Shown: positions 27,057 through 37,519 of the stretch, piece after piece
How positions within the stretch are numbered: position 1 is the stretch's first letter
Layout of the letters: every line of letters begins with the position of its first letter
Source: a candidate division WOR-3 bacterium
GTDB lineage: Bacteria > Hydrothermota > Tepidihabitantia > Tepidihabitantales > CAIPLT01
DNA length: 64,000 nucleotides
Direction: 5' to 3'
Assembly: GCA_965649215.1 (NCBI GenBank)
Contig: CBFGJZ010000006.1
Span: forward strand, 17,193-81,192
The notes under the pieces: model-generated
The model's input: only the letters and a program-made list of their open reading frames with translations
Told to the model about the DNA's origin: nothing
Databases searched by the model: none
Program-made: the position numbers and the translations under genes

Positions 27057-29417
27057 TTACTTTTTTATCTTTTTTGAATTGAATATAACTGAGTGTACAT
27101 CTTTTATGGTTTTGACAAACTTAAAGACTAACCGTTTTTTAACTTTATCTGGTATTTCAATTAAATCTTTTTTATTTTCACTGGGCATAATTACAGTTTT
27201 GATTCCTGCCCGATTGGCCGCAATAATTTTTTCTTTAATACCACCAACTGGTAGTACACGCCCTGTTAAAGTGATTTCACCTGTCATTGCGATACGAGGA
27301 TTTAGTGGTTTATTCTTTAAAAGAGATAGAAGTGCTGCCGAAATTGCAACGCCTGCTGATGGACCATCTTTAGGTGTTGCTCCCGCAGGAATATGAATAT
27401 GGACATCAGAATTAGTAAAGAAATTTTCATCGATTCCAAATTCTTTACTATGGCTACGAATATAAGACAACGCAGCTTGAGCTGATTCTTTCATTACATC
27501 GCCCAATGAACCAGTTAGTAAAAGACCTTTTTGTCCTTTCATCTTTGTTGCTTCAATAAATAAGATTTCGCCGCCAAATGGAGTTACAGCCAAACCTGTA
27601 GAAACACCGATTGTTCCTTGCCGCGACGCAACTTCAGAAATATATTTAACAGGACCTAAATATTTATTTAAATTTTTATCAGTGATTACAACCTTCCTTT
27701 TATCCCCTTCAGCATAGGCTCGGGCGACTTTTCTGATAATCGAACCAATTTCTCTTTCTAAATTTCTTACGCCAGCTTCTCGGGTATATTCACGAATTAT
27801 CTTTTGAATAGCTTTGTCCGTAAAACTTATATTTTTTTCTGTTAGACCGGCTTCCTTTAATTGTCTGGCAATTAAGAATTTCTTAGCAATCAACAATTTT
27901 TCATCATCAATATAACCAGGTATTTCAATAATTTCCATACGATCCCGTAAGGCAGGGATAATTGTATCAGTCATATTTGCAGTAGTTATAAACATAACTT
28001 TAGATAAGTCAAATGGTACTTCTAAATAATGGTCTGAAAAAGAAAAATTTTGTTCTGGGTCTAATACTTCTAATAATGCTGAAGATGGATCTCCTCGAAA
28101 ATCACTACCCACTTTATCAATTTCATCCAGCATAAAAACAGGATTATTTGTTCCAGCATTACGAATTCCCTGGATAATGCGACCTGGTAGAGCACCAACA
28201 TATGTTCGTCGATGACCACGAATTTCCGCTTCATCACGAATACCACCTAATGAAAAACGCACAAATTTTCGTCCCATTGCACGAGCAATTGAACGACCTA
28301 AACTTGTTTTGCCAACCCCTGGTGGCCCAACAAAACACAAAATCGGACCCTTTGAATCTTTACGTAATTTTTTAACTGCTAAATATTCTAAAATTCGTTC
28401 TTTTACTTTAGTTAAATTATAATGATCTTCATCTAAAATTATCTTTACATTTTTAATATCTAAATTATCTTCTGAGCTAACTGACCACGGGAGATTAATG
28501 AGCCAATCAATGTAAGTTCGAACAACGATATATTCCGCTACTTGTGGAGACATTCGAGAAAGTCGAGAAATCTCTTTCATAGTAATCTCATAAACATTTT
28601 GCGGCATGTTGGCTTTCGTTGCTTTTTCTTTGAGCTCATTAATTTCTTTAGTCAAATCATCACTCTCACCTAATTCTTTTTGAATTGCTTTAAGTTGTTC
28701 TCGTAATACATAATCACGTTGATTTTTATCAATTTCGCCTTTTACTTGTTCACGTATTTTTTCACTTAATTCTAAAATTGCAATTTCTTTATTCATTAGT
28801 GGAACTAATTGGGATAAACGTTCAATTGGATCCACTATTTCTAATAATTTTTGCTTTTCTTCAAGTGAAATATTTAGATAATTCGCAATAAAATCAGCAA
28901 GTTTTGACGGTGATTCTATATTCAGAATAACCGTAGTTAGTTCATCAGGAATATATTGAGCTAACTCAGCTAATTTCTGGAACATATTTACAATATTACG
29001 CATGAGGGCTTCAGTTGAAATATCTTTAACTTCTGATTCATTAATTGTGGTTATAACTGCTTTTAAATAAGGTTCAGTCTGAACATAATTTTCTATCCGA
29101 GCACGTTTAATACCTTGTAACAGAATTCGCATAGTCCCATCAGGAAAACGAAACATTTTAATAATATAAGAGACAGTTCCTACCGTATAAAGATCGGTTG
29201 GTCCTGCTTCTTCGATATCTTGATTTTTCTGCATAACAGCACAAACGATTTTATTTCCAATCAACGCATCATCAACTAATTTTGATGCCCGTGATGTCGA
29301 AACTATTAATGGGGTTATAACACCAGGAAAGATAATTCCGCCTCTTATCGCTAAAACGGGTAATTGATCAGGAATGTTTAAACTTTTCTGTTCTTCGTCT
29401 AATTTAACTTCGGGCAT
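27057..29417 (-). CDS. lon: Endopeptidase La (LonA)
   Basis: GPPGVGKTS, RRTYVGALPG, LDEIDK, PKDGPSAG, GGIKEK. Confidence 0.97.
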   Translation of the reverse strand: MPEVKLDEEQKSLNIPDQLPVLAIRGGIIFPGVITPLIVSTSRASKLVDDALIGNKIVCAVMQKNQDIEEAGPTDLYTVGTVSYIIKMFRFPDGTMRILLQGIKRARIENYVQTEPYLKAVITTINESEVKDISTEALMRNIVNMFQKLAELAQYIPDELTTVILNIESPSKLADFIANYLNISLEEKQKLLEIVDPIERLSQLVPLMNKEIAILELSEKIREQVKGEIDKNQRDYVLREQLKAIQKELGESDDLTKEINELKEKATKANMPQNVYEITMKEISRLSRMSPQVAEYIVVRTYIDWLINLPWSVSSEDNLDIKNVKIILDEDHYNLTKVKERILEYLAVKKLRKDSKGPILCFVGPPGVGKTSLGRSIARAMGRKFVRFSLGGIRDEAEIRGHRRTYVGALPGRIIQGIRNAGTNNPVFMLDEIDKVGSDFRGDPSSALLEVLDPEQNFSFSDHYLEVPFDLSKVMFITTANMTDTIIPALRDRMEIIEIPGYIDDEKLLIAKKFLIARQLKEAGLTEKNISFTDKAIQKIIREYTREAGVRNLEREIGSIIRKVARAYAEGDKRKVVITDKNLNKYLGPVKYISEVASRQGTIGVSTGLAVTPFGGEILFIEATKMKGQKGLLLTGSLGDVMKESAQAALSYIRSHSKEFGIDENFFTNSDVHIHIPAGATPKDGPSAGVAISAALLSLLKNKPLNPRIAMTGEITLTGRVLPVGGIKEKIIAANRAGIKTVIMPSENKKDLIEIPDKVKKRLVFKFVKTIKDVHSVIFNSKKIKK

Positions 29418-29423
29418 TTTCTT

Positions 29424-29855
29424 TTATTCAATCTTTAAGATTTTTATATTCTTTTTATCTTTATTAAATGACAAAGTTAAAATTCCATTTTTAAGATTTA
29501 TCATGACTGACTTCGTGGATATTCGAAATGGTAAAAACAAACGTCGTTTAAAATGTCCATACGGGATTTCCATGTTATAAAAGGTTACACCGGCTCGAAG
29601 AATTTCAGGATCTCGCCTGATACCTTTAACTATAACCATATTGGGACCAATTGCAATTGATAAATCTTTTTTTTCAACACCCGGTAGTTCCATAATTAAA
29701 AATATCTTGTCATCAAATTCAAATATATCAACCGCAGGTTCGTAATATGTCTGATTAGAAATTATTTCACATTCTTCGTTAAAAATTTCATCAATAAAAC
29801 CTGAAACATCATCAAAGAACTTTATTATACTTTTAAATGATGCTCTACTCTTCAC
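29424..29855 (-). CDS. Hsp20-family protein (lon-associated)
   Basis: PAVDIFE, ELPGV, MEIPYGHFKR, KNGIL; GTG start. Confidence 0.88.
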   Translation of the reverse strand: MKSRASFKSIIKFFDDVSGFIDEIFNEECEIISNQTYYEPAVDIFEFDDKIFLIMELPGVEKKDLSIAIGPNMVIVKGIRRDPEILRAGVTFYNMEIPYGHFKRRLFLPFRISTKSVMINLKNGILTLSFNKDKKNIKILKIE

Positions 29856-29864
29856 TTTAAATTA

Positions 29865-29894
29865 TTAGACTCAATATTTACTTTTCAGATTCAA
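29865..29894 (-). promoter_or_regulatory. Putative ECF-sigma promoter of hsp20-lon
   Basis: TTGAATCT-N14-GAGTCTAA, identical to 1740-1769. Confidence 0.7.
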
Positions 29895-30699
29895 TAATAG
29901 CTTTATCATATCGTTTAATAAGTTGAGCTTTGCCCGTTGACTGGTCAATCGAAAGAATTACCCCTTGCAGATGAATGTTTTTATTCGCCGGTTCTAGTTT
30001 TAAAGGAATATTATACATTATTTTTTTAATAGATAAATCAATTCGCATACCTAATACTGAGTCCATGGCACCACACATCCCCATATCTGTAATATAAGCA
30101 GTGCCATTGGGTAAAATTCGTTCATCTGCCGTTTGCACATGAGTATGAGTTCCAACTACAGCCGATACACTACCATCTAAAAACCACCCTAAAGCTTGTT
30201 TTTCAGCAGTTGCTTCAGCATGAAAATCAATTATAATATTTGGAGTTTGCGTAATAATTTCATTTAGTAAATTATGTACTGCTCTAAAAGGACAATCGAT
30301 TGGTTTTAGATAAACCCTTCCTAACAGACTAATAACTGCGATTTTAGTATTATTTTTGGTATAAATATAAGATCCAATACCAGGTACTTCGTTAGGGAAA
30401 TTAACAGGTCTTAAAATACGATTATCTGAAATTAACATTGTAACGATATCTTTTCGATCCAAAAAATGATCGCCTAAAGTTATACAATCAATACCTGCTG
30501 AAAAAAGTTCATTGGCAAGTTTTGGCGTGATTCCATATCCATTAGCAACATTTTCAGCTTCCGCAATAGTAAAAAAAATATTCTCTTCTTGTTGAATTTT
30601 AGGCAGGTATTTAATTACTGCTTCTCGCCCACTTACAGAACATATATCGCCTAATAATAGAATATTTATTGAATTACTGATTTCTATTTGTTCGTTCAA
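29878..30699 (-). CDS. ymdB: YmdB/TIGR00282 metallophosphoesterase
   Basis: LGDI, TLGDH, DFHAEATAEK, GTHTHVQTAD, TDMGMCG; follows rny. Confidence 0.9.
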   Translation of the reverse strand: MNEQIEISNSINILLLGDICSVSGREAVIKYLPKIQQEENIFFTIAEAENVANGYGITPKLANELFSAGIDCITLGDHFLDRKDIVTMLISDNRILRPVNFPNEVPGIGSYIYTKNNTKIAVISLLGRVYLKPIDCPFRAVHNLLNEIITQTPNIIIDFHAEATAEKQALGWFLDGSVSAVVGTHTHVQTADERILPNGTAYITDMGMCGAMDSVLGMRIDLSIKKIMYNIPLKLEPANKNIHLQGVILSIDQSTGKAQLIKRYDKAIIESEK

Positions 30700-30719
30700 T
30701 TTTGTTTTCCAATTATAAA

Positions 30720-32288
30720 TTATTTTGCATATTCAATGGCTCGAATTTCACGAATAACAACAACTTTAATCTGTCCGGGATATTTCAATTCAGTCTGTAT
30801 TTGCTGCGAAATTTTACGAGATAACTCTTCAGCCTGAGCATCTGAAATTTTCTCGGGTTTTACCATAACGCGAATCTCCCGACCGGCTTGAATCGCAAAG
30901 GCTTTTTCTACGCCATCAAATGAAACGGCAATATTTTCAAGTGCTTGTAAACGATTTATATACGATTCAAAATTATCTCTTCGCGCACCAGCTCGAGAAC
31001 CCGATATTGCATCAGCTGCAGCGGTTAAGAAAGCGTACGGCGACCGTGGTTCCACTTCTTCATGATGGGCAGCAATGGCATTTACAATAATTTCGTTTTC
31101 ACCATAACGTTCAGCTAAATCAGCACCGATTTTAGCATGAGGACCTTCAAAATGAATATCTGCTGCCTTACCAATATCATGAAGTAATCCCGCTCGTTTT
31201 GCCATCATTGGATCAAGATTTAATTCTTGTGCCATTGCGTTTGCTAATATCGCAACTTCTTTAGAATGTAATAAAACATTTTGTCCATAACTGGTTCGAT
31301 ATTTGAGTCGACCTAAATGTTTTATAAGTTCAGGGTCAATATTACTAATTCCGAATTCAAGAACTGTTGTTTCCCCGATATTCATAATGATACTTTCCAT
31401 TTCATTCTTTGTTTTTTCAACAATCTCTTCAATTCGAGTTTGATGAATTCTACCATCCGCAATTAACTTTTCCATAGCTAATCGAGCAATTTCTCTACGA
31501 ATTGGATCAAACGCGGATAAGATTATAGCATTTGGTGTGTCATCTATAATTACTTCAACACCAGTTAGTGTTTCAAACGCACGTATATTCCGTCCTTCCC
31601 GACCAATTATTCGGCCCTTCAACTCATCAGAAGGAATATTAATAACTGATATTGTCGTATCAGAAACTTGTGAAAGAGCACACCTTTGTATTGCATTCAA
31701 AATAATCTCCATAGCTTGTTTATCGGCTTCACGTTTTGCTTTTTCACGAATATCTCGGATCATTTGAGCAGCTTCTAATTGTACTTGAGCTTCTAGATTC
31801 TGCAGTAATTCTTTCTTCGCATCTTGGATACCCAAATTTGCAATACGTTCTAACCGTTGGTTCTGCATATTAATCAACTGGTCTAATCTTTCAGTCTTCG
31901 CTTTAATTATTTTCTCTTTCGTTGTAATTTCTCGTTGATTTTTAAGTAACTCGCTTTCCCGAGTTGCTAAATTAATATCCTTGATATTTAGTAATTCCTC
32001 TTTCTCACGAAGTCGTTTTTCAAGTTTTTCTAGATCTTTTTTAGTTTCCAATAATTGTTGTTCTAATTTTATTTTTTCTTGATGTATTTTTTCGTTAACT
32101 TCCAGCTGGGCTTGTCGTTTAATATTTTCCGCTTCCGTTTTTGCATCTTCAATAATTCTAAATGCCGAACGACGTGTTGTGTTAAGATAATTTTTATTTA
32201 TTATCCGAATAATAAAATATGCTAAAAGTATGCAAATAAATAATAATAATACAGGCATTATAAACTTTAAAATTTCAAAAGATAACAT
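30720..32288 (-). CDS. rny: Ribonuclease Y
   Basis: N-terminal TM, coiled coil, KH (KGRIIGREGRNI), HD (LLHDIGK); SD GGGGG before ATG 32288. Confidence 0.97.
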   Translation of the reverse strand: MLSFEILKFIMPVLLLFICILLAYFIIRIINKNYLNTTRRSAFRIIEDAKTEAENIKRQAQLEVNEKIHQEKIKLEQQLLETKKDLEKLEKRLREKEELLNIKDINLATRESELLKNQREITTKEKIIKAKTERLDQLINMQNQRLERIANLGIQDAKKELLQNLEAQVQLEAAQMIRDIREKAKREADKQAMEIILNAIQRCALSQVSDTTISVINIPSDELKGRIIGREGRNIRAFETLTGVEVIIDDTPNAIILSAFDPIRREIARLAMEKLIADGRIHQTRIEEIVEKTKNEMESIIMNIGETTVLEFGISNIDPELIKHLGRLKYRTSYGQNVLLHSKEVAILANAMAQELNLDPMMAKRAGLLHDIGKAADIHFEGPHAKIGADLAERYGENEIIVNAIAAHHEEVEPRSPYAFLTAAADAISGSRAGARRDNFESYINRLQALENIAVSFDGVEKAFAIQAGREIRVMVKPEKISDAQAEELSRKISQQIQTELKYPGQIKVVVIREIRAIEYAK

Positions 32289-32336
32289 AATTCTTCCCCC
32301 CAATTTTAATATCCTAAGACTTTTAAATAATAAAAA

Positions 32337-32504
32337 TCCCCGCTACAATTCGTGTAAGCAGGAGTCTTTGAACCCTAAAAACAAGTGGGCGTCATCGCTA
32401 ATATTTTCTGTACGCAATAAAAGCTTACATCGACATCAGCATCAGACACCCAAACAATGGGTGTTAGCTCAAGACTTCATGGCTTATCACGAAGCGAGCA
32501 GGGA
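32337..32504 (-). ncRNA. ssrS: 6S RNA
   Basis: Lies between zapA and rny (known synteny). Long rod with complementary ends TCCCTGCT/AGCGGGGA, TTCGTG/CACGAA and GTCTTGAGC/GTTCAAAGAC flanking a central bubble. Confidence 0.9.
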
Positions 32505-32558
32505 GTTAATCTCTAATTCAAATAACAATTTACAAAAAGGTATTACTGTTATTTGAAT

Positions 32559-32825
32559 CTAAACAATTCTTTCCAATTTTTCAATGAGCAAACCGATACG
32601 ACGATTTATTTGATCACTTTCATTCTCTTGAGCAGTTAAAAAATCATCAACTAAATTTATACATGATACAATTGCAGTTTTTGCTAAAGAACCTTGTGGA
32701 TATTGTGTATTTATCATTTTCATTTTTTCATCAACAATTTTTCCAATTTTATAAATATAATCACCGTTACGATCGGTTTTTATTTTGTATTCACTACCAA
32801 AAACATTTAAACTGTAAGTTTTCAT
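32559..32825 (-). CDS. zapA: Cell division protein ZapA
   Basis: VFGSEYKI, IVDEKM, AIVSCINL; pheT-zapB-zapA-6S-rny synteny. Confidence 0.88.
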   Translation of the reverse strand: MKTYSLNVFGSEYKIKTDRNGDYIYKIGKIVDEKMKMINTQYPQGSLAKTAIVSCINLVDDFLTAQENESDQINRRIGLLIEKLERIV

Positions 32826-32848
32826 ACAACTCCCTACTAAAATATATC

Positions 32849-33037
32849 TTATAACATTTTAGATAAATTGTCAAGCATAATATTAATTTTTTCAATTAAT
32901 TGGTTATCGCGATGTTTCAAGGACTCAAGGATATTTTTCAGACATCTGTTCTCTTCTTGTAAAACATTAATCAGATTTATTGCTTTATCAATTTTATCTT
33001 CTAAGTATCTTAAATTAGCATCAACTTTTTCGTTCAT
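32849..33037 (-). CDS. ZapB-like short coiled-coil protein
   Basis: LEDKIDKAINLINVLQEEN; upstream of zapA. Confidence 0.7.
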   Translation of the reverse strand: MNEKVDANLRYLEDKIDKAINLINVLQEENRCLKNILESLKHRDNQLIEKINIMLDNLSKML

Positions 33038-33076
33038 AAAATATAATTTACGACTTTTTTGAATTTTTCTTCAAAT

Positions 33077-35368
33077 TTAACTTCTAATTTTAATATTGAA
33101 TTTGTCTTTTAAATACTTAATAAGATATTCACAAATTCTATCAACTTCCATTTGATTTAAAGTTTTTTCATTCGATTGGAGTGTTATTCTAATCCCTAAA
33201 TTCCTTGTTCCATTCGGTAAAGATGGTCCTTGAAAATAATCAAAAACTTCAATATTTTTTAGTAAATCACCAATTATGTGTTTAATATTCATTTTTAATT
33301 CTTGTACGGAATGCTCTTCTTTTATTAAGAAAGCAAAATCACGCGTAATTGCCGGAAATCGAGAAAGTTCACAATAGTAAAAATTAGCGGGTATTAGTTT
33401 TAATAATTCATTTAGGTTGTAACTTAATACATAAATATTTGTATTCAGATCAAATTTTTGTAAAATTGTTCTTTTTATTTCACCTAAAAAACCAATGCTA
33501 TTACCTTTATATTTCAAACTTAGTGAATTCCCTGTCAAAAAATTGATATTTTCTTTAATATATTCTATATCGTTAAGCTTTAAATATTCAAAAAAAGAAT
33601 CTGAAATTCCTTTGATATCAAAGAAATCGTAATACACTGTTTTTATATTATCCCAGAATAATGGTGCTCTATTACCAGCAATAAGCGCTGTAAGGTTTAA
33701 ACTTTCCTTAGCTTTATCATTAACGAAAATATTGCCAATTTCAAATAATCTGATATCTATATTGCTCCGAAAGTAATTAAATTTGACGGTTTCTAATAAA
33801 GTTACTAAAAGATTTGGTCGTAATGCTGAATATCTTTCATTTAACGGATGTGGCAAATAGATGATATTTTGCTCAGTAAATAATTTTGCATTATTAGGAT
33901 CGCAAAAACTAATTGTATAACATTCGTAAAAACCGAGTCCGACAAAGAAATTTTTTATTAAATGAACAATTTTATTTAACTGATCGATATGCCCAATATT
34001 TCTACAATGTAAAACATATTCTGAAGGAATTTTATCGTAGCCGTATAACCTTGCAATTTCTTCAATAAGATCGATATCCCTTATTAGATCAAAACGATAA
34101 GAAGGTATTTTTATAGAAAAATAATTTTTTTTCTCTTCTGATTCACAATTTAATTTATCAATAATTCGTTTAATTTGTTTTGTTCTTAAATTAGTTTTTA
34201 GTAATCGGTTTACTTTTGAGATATTAAAATTAATAGTTTTTTCATATTGTTTACTTCGGCATTCAATTTTATCTTGAATAACTATTCCGTTTCCTAAGAA
34301 AGCAATTAAATTTGTGGCTTCCTGTGATGCTCTATCTAAAATATTCGTATCAATACCCATTTCAAATCTTTGAGAAGCATCTGTCATCAATTGAATACTT
34401 TTGGCACTAATTCTAATTGTTTGAGGATTAAAACGAGCGCATTCTAACAAGACTTTTTTTGTTTTATAAGTAATTTCAGTATCTTTTCCACCAATAATTC
34501 CAGCTAGAGCAATAGGTGACAGTTTGTCAGAAATTAATAAAACTTGCTCATTTAATAAATATTCTTTTCCATCAAGTGCGATGATTTTTTCTCCTTTTTT
34601 TGCAAATCGTACATTAATAGTACTTTCTTGAATTCTATCGAAATCGAATGCATGAAGTGGAGTACCATATTTAAGCATAATATAGTTAGTCGCGTCCACC
34701 ACATTATTGATTGGTCTCAAACCAGACGCAATCAGTCTCCATTGTAAAGGAAATGGAGAATTTTGAATCTTTACATTATAAATTAAACGGGCAATATAAT
34801 CAAAACATGCACTTTTATCACTAATAACTAATTGTACTTTTCTATCCAGAAAATTTATTATATTTTGGTTAATTTCAGGCTCCTTTGGTATATTTAATGA
34901 TTCAGTAATTTCCTCATAGGTAGAAAGTTCTCTCGCAATTCCTAAGATTGACAGTAAATCTCCACGGTTGGGTAATATTTCTAATTCTATAATATCGTCA
35001 TCGAGATAATTTAATACATTAGAACCTGTTTCATATTGATTTGGTAATATATAAGGTAATGTATCTTCACTTAGACCAATTAAAGAGGGATTCAACCAGC
35101 TATTTTTTTGTGGTTTAAAAGCAATTTTGTCATTAATTCTTAAGTGATATGTGATTGTTGAAATGTTATAAGATCTCAAACCATCGAAAATAGTAACTTC
35201 ATTTTTATTAATATCTTTGATTTCACAAACTACATATCCTTCTAAAATATTACCAATTCTATACCTGCTTTTTACTTCGATACCCTTTTGCGTAAACAAA
35301 TTAACTATTTCTTCTGTTGTTTTTGATGTTGGAATAAATTCTTTTAACCATTTAATTGATAATTTCAT
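33077..35368 (-). CDS. pheT: Phenylalanine--tRNA ligase beta subunit
   Basis: PNRGDLLSILGIARE, NNVVDATNY, GTPLHAFD, RFEMG, DLIEEIARLYGYD, FPAITRD. Confidence 0.95.
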   Translation of the reverse strand: MKLSIKWLKEFIPTSKTTEEIVNLFTQKGIEVKSRYRIGNILEGYVVCEIKDINKNEVTIFDGLRSYNISTITYHLRINDKIAFKPQKNSWLNPSLIGLSEDTLPYILPNQYETGSNVLNYLDDDIIELEILPNRGDLLSILGIARELSTYEEITESLNIPKEPEINQNIINFLDRKVQLVISDKSACFDYIARLIYNVKIQNSPFPLQWRLIASGLRPINNVVDATNYIMLKYGTPLHAFDFDRIQESTINVRFAKKGEKIIALDGKEYLLNEQVLLISDKLSPIALAGIIGGKDTEITYKTKKVLLECARFNPQTIRISAKSIQLMTDASQRFEMGIDTNILDRASQEATNLIAFLGNGIVIQDKIECRSKQYEKTINFNISKVNRLLKTNLRTKQIKRIIDKLNCESEEKKNYFSIKIPSYRFDLIRDIDLIEEIARLYGYDKIPSEYVLHCRNIGHIDQLNKIVHLIKNFFVGLGFYECYTISFCDPNNAKLFTEQNIIYLPHPLNERYSALRPNLLVTLLETVKFNYFRSNIDIRLFEIGNIFVNDKAKESLNLTALIAGNRAPLFWDNIKTVYYDFFDIKGISDSFFEYLKLNDIEYIKENINFLTGNSLSLKYKGNSIGFLGEIKRTILQKFDLNTNIYVLSYNLNELLKLIPANFYYCELSRFPAITRDFAFLIKEEHSVQELKMNIKHIIGDLLKNIEVFDYFQGPSLPNGTRNLGIRITLQSNEKTLNQMEVDRICEYLIKYLKDKFNIKIRS

Positions 35369-35374
35369 TTGTTT

Positions 35375-35403
35375 AGATTAAATATTATATTTATATTTGT
35401 CAA
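35375..35403 (-). promoter_or_regulatory. sigma70 promoter, leaderless pheT
   Basis: TTGACA-N17-TAATCT; ATG 6 nt later. Confidence 0.7.
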
Positions 35404-35424
35404 GATATGTTAAAGTAAAAAATC

Positions 35425-35919
35425 TTATTCTTCTGTTTGCAAAATAATTAATTTTTGATTTTTTTCAACAGTTTGGCCTATTTTTGTTAATATTTCTAAA
35501 ACTTTACCATTTATAGGGCTTTTGATTTCATTTTGCATTTTCATTGCTTCTAAGATCAGTAATTGACTATTTTTACTTACTAAATCACCAACTTTTATAG
35601 GTAATTTTATTACTAATCCTGACATTGGTGAAAAAACCGTAAAAATTTTTGGATTCTCTTTAAGAGTAATATTTTCAATTTTATCTTGATTTATTAAAAC
35701 AGTTATTGGTTTTTCAAAAATACTGATTTGATATGAATTTTTTAACTTTCCTATTTTAACACTATATTTTTTGTCATTAATTATAATTGCATTTAATTCC
35801 CCATTATTATTAAACTCAGGCATGATATCAAATGATTCATTATTTATTGATGCGCGATATCGTTTATTTGATTCCATAATCACTATATTATATTCTTTAT
35901 TATCAACAGTTATTTTCAT
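35425..35919 (-). CDS. Biotin carboxyl carrier protein with N-terminal BT-like domain
   Basis: SPMSG, LEAMKMQNEI. Confidence 0.9.
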   Translation of the reverse strand: MKITVDNKEYNIVIMESNKRYRASINNESFDIMPEFNNNGELNAIIINDKKYSVKIGKLKNSYQISIFEKPITVLINQDKIENITLKENPKIFTVFSPMSGLVIKLPIKVGDLVSKNSQLLILEAMKMQNEIKSPINGKVLEILTKIGQTVEKNQKLIILQTEE

Positions 35920-35963
35920 AAGAGTTATAATTTACACTATAAATTTTAATATTTGCCTATTTA

Positions 35964-37499
35964 TTAATGAAGCCTTTCTTGCCGAGCCTGAATTTTCCAT
36001 TTCGATGTGTATGATGAATTTAATCTAATACTTTTAGGTAATTTATGATTTTCCTCAAGATAATTATATAATGCTATAGTTATCGCAGCTATTTTATTAA
36101 AATCATTACTTTCTTGGTTATAAGTATTTCTTTCTGTTTCGATGTTCTCTTCTACAATTTCACCTTTTAAAAATTTAATTGCTATTTGAGGAAATAATGT
36201 ATAAGTCATTAAATCTTCTTCTTCATGTCCTCTTCGTAGGAGATGTAAAGTTTCTACCTCTTGTTTTTTTACAGATAATTCCGGTTTTAATAAGTCAGCG
36301 GGTCGACAATCTATTGGTTTTTCATTACCAATGATTATTTTTAATATGTCTTTTTTAATTGTTGCCGGAGGTCTGCCATATAAACCCAAACAATAATCTT
36401 TAACTTCTTTACTAATTTGTGAATATCGTTTACCTGATAATACATTCAATACGGCTTGAATACCTACAATTTGACTTGTTGGAGTAACTAAAGGTGGATA
36501 TCCTAAATCTTCTCTTACTCTTGGTGTTTCCGCTAATACTTCTTGGTATTTATCTAGCGCATTTTGTTCTTTTAATTGTGCATGTAAATTTGAAAGCATT
36601 CCTCCCGGAATTTGATGAACTGCTACTGATGCATCAGTCATTTCCGCAATTGGACTAATATATTTTGAATATTTCTTCTTCATGTCTAAAAAATAATAAC
36701 CAACATTGATAATCTTTTTTATGTCGAGTTTCGTATCATAAGGACTATCTTGAAGACTCACGACAATATTTTCTAATGAGGGTTGCGAACTACCACCACT
36801 AAAAACTGATACTGCAGTATCAACAATGTCCACTCCCGCTTGAATGGCAGAATAATAACTTATCAATCCCATTCCACTGGTACAATGAGTGTGTAAATTA
36901 ATTGGTACTTTTATAATTTGTTTTAAAGCTTTCACTAATTCATAAGCTATGTGTGGTGAAATCAAACCAGCCATATCCTTTATACAGATATAATCACAAC
37001 CCATCAATTCTAATTGATGACCCATTTCAACAAATTTTTCAATAGTGTGAACTGGACTTGTAGTATAACAAATCGTTCCTTGTACTTCGCTACCAAGATC
37101 TTTAGCGGTTTTAATTGCTTTTTCCATATTCCGAATATCATTTAAAGCATCAAAAATTCTAAAAATATCAATCCCATGTTTTTTAGCTAACTTTATGAAA
37201 TTTTCAACGACATCATCAGCATAATGTCGATAACCCACAAGATTTTGGCCTCTGAGTAACATTAATAATTTTGTATTAGGTAAGTGTTCCCTTAATTTAT
37301 CTAATCGAAACCAAGGATCTTCTGCTAAATAACGAATACAGACATCAAAAGTTGCGCCGCCCCAAACTTCCATTGCAAAAAATCCAATTTTATCCATTTG
37401 GTCACATATTGGTATCATATCAGAAATTCTCATCCGGGTAGCCATCAATGATTGATGCGCATCACGAAAAGTAGTATCAATAATCTTTACGGTATTCAT
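35964..37499 (-). CDS. Pyruvate carboxyltransferase (PycB/OadA/transcarboxylase 5S-like), no biotinyl domain
   Basis: RDAHQS, WGGATFD, IKDMAG, HTH, PPLVTPTSQ; lacks AMKM. Confidence 0.9.
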   Translation of the reverse strand: MNTVKIIDTTFRDAHQSLMATRMRISDMIPICDQMDKIGFFAMEVWGGATFDVCIRYLAEDPWFRLDKLREHLPNTKLLMLLRGQNLVGYRHYADDVVENFIKLAKKHGIDIFRIFDALNDIRNMEKAIKTAKDLGSEVQGTICYTTSPVHTIEKFVEMGHQLELMGCDYICIKDMAGLISPHIAYELVKALKQIIKVPINLHTHCTSGMGLISYYSAIQAGVDIVDTAVSVFSGGSSQPSLENIVVSLQDSPYDTKLDIKKIINVGYYFLDMKKKYSKYISPIAEMTDASVAVHQIPGGMLSNLHAQLKEQNALDKYQEVLAETPRVREDLGYPPLVTPTSQIVGIQAVLNVLSGKRYSQISKEVKDYCLGLYGRPPATIKKDILKIIIGNEKPIDCRPADLLKPELSVKKQEVETLHLLRRGHEEEDLMTYTLFPQIAIKFLKGEIVEENIETERNTYNQESNDFNKIAAITIALYNYLEENHKLPKSIRLNSSYTSKWKIQARQERLH

Positions 37500-37519
37500 A
37501 ATTTTGTAGCTGTGATTTT

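Noticed and set aside
32230-32556. 108-aa plus-strand ORF
   Set aside because: Antisense to the 6S RNA and the rny start; low-complexity translation.
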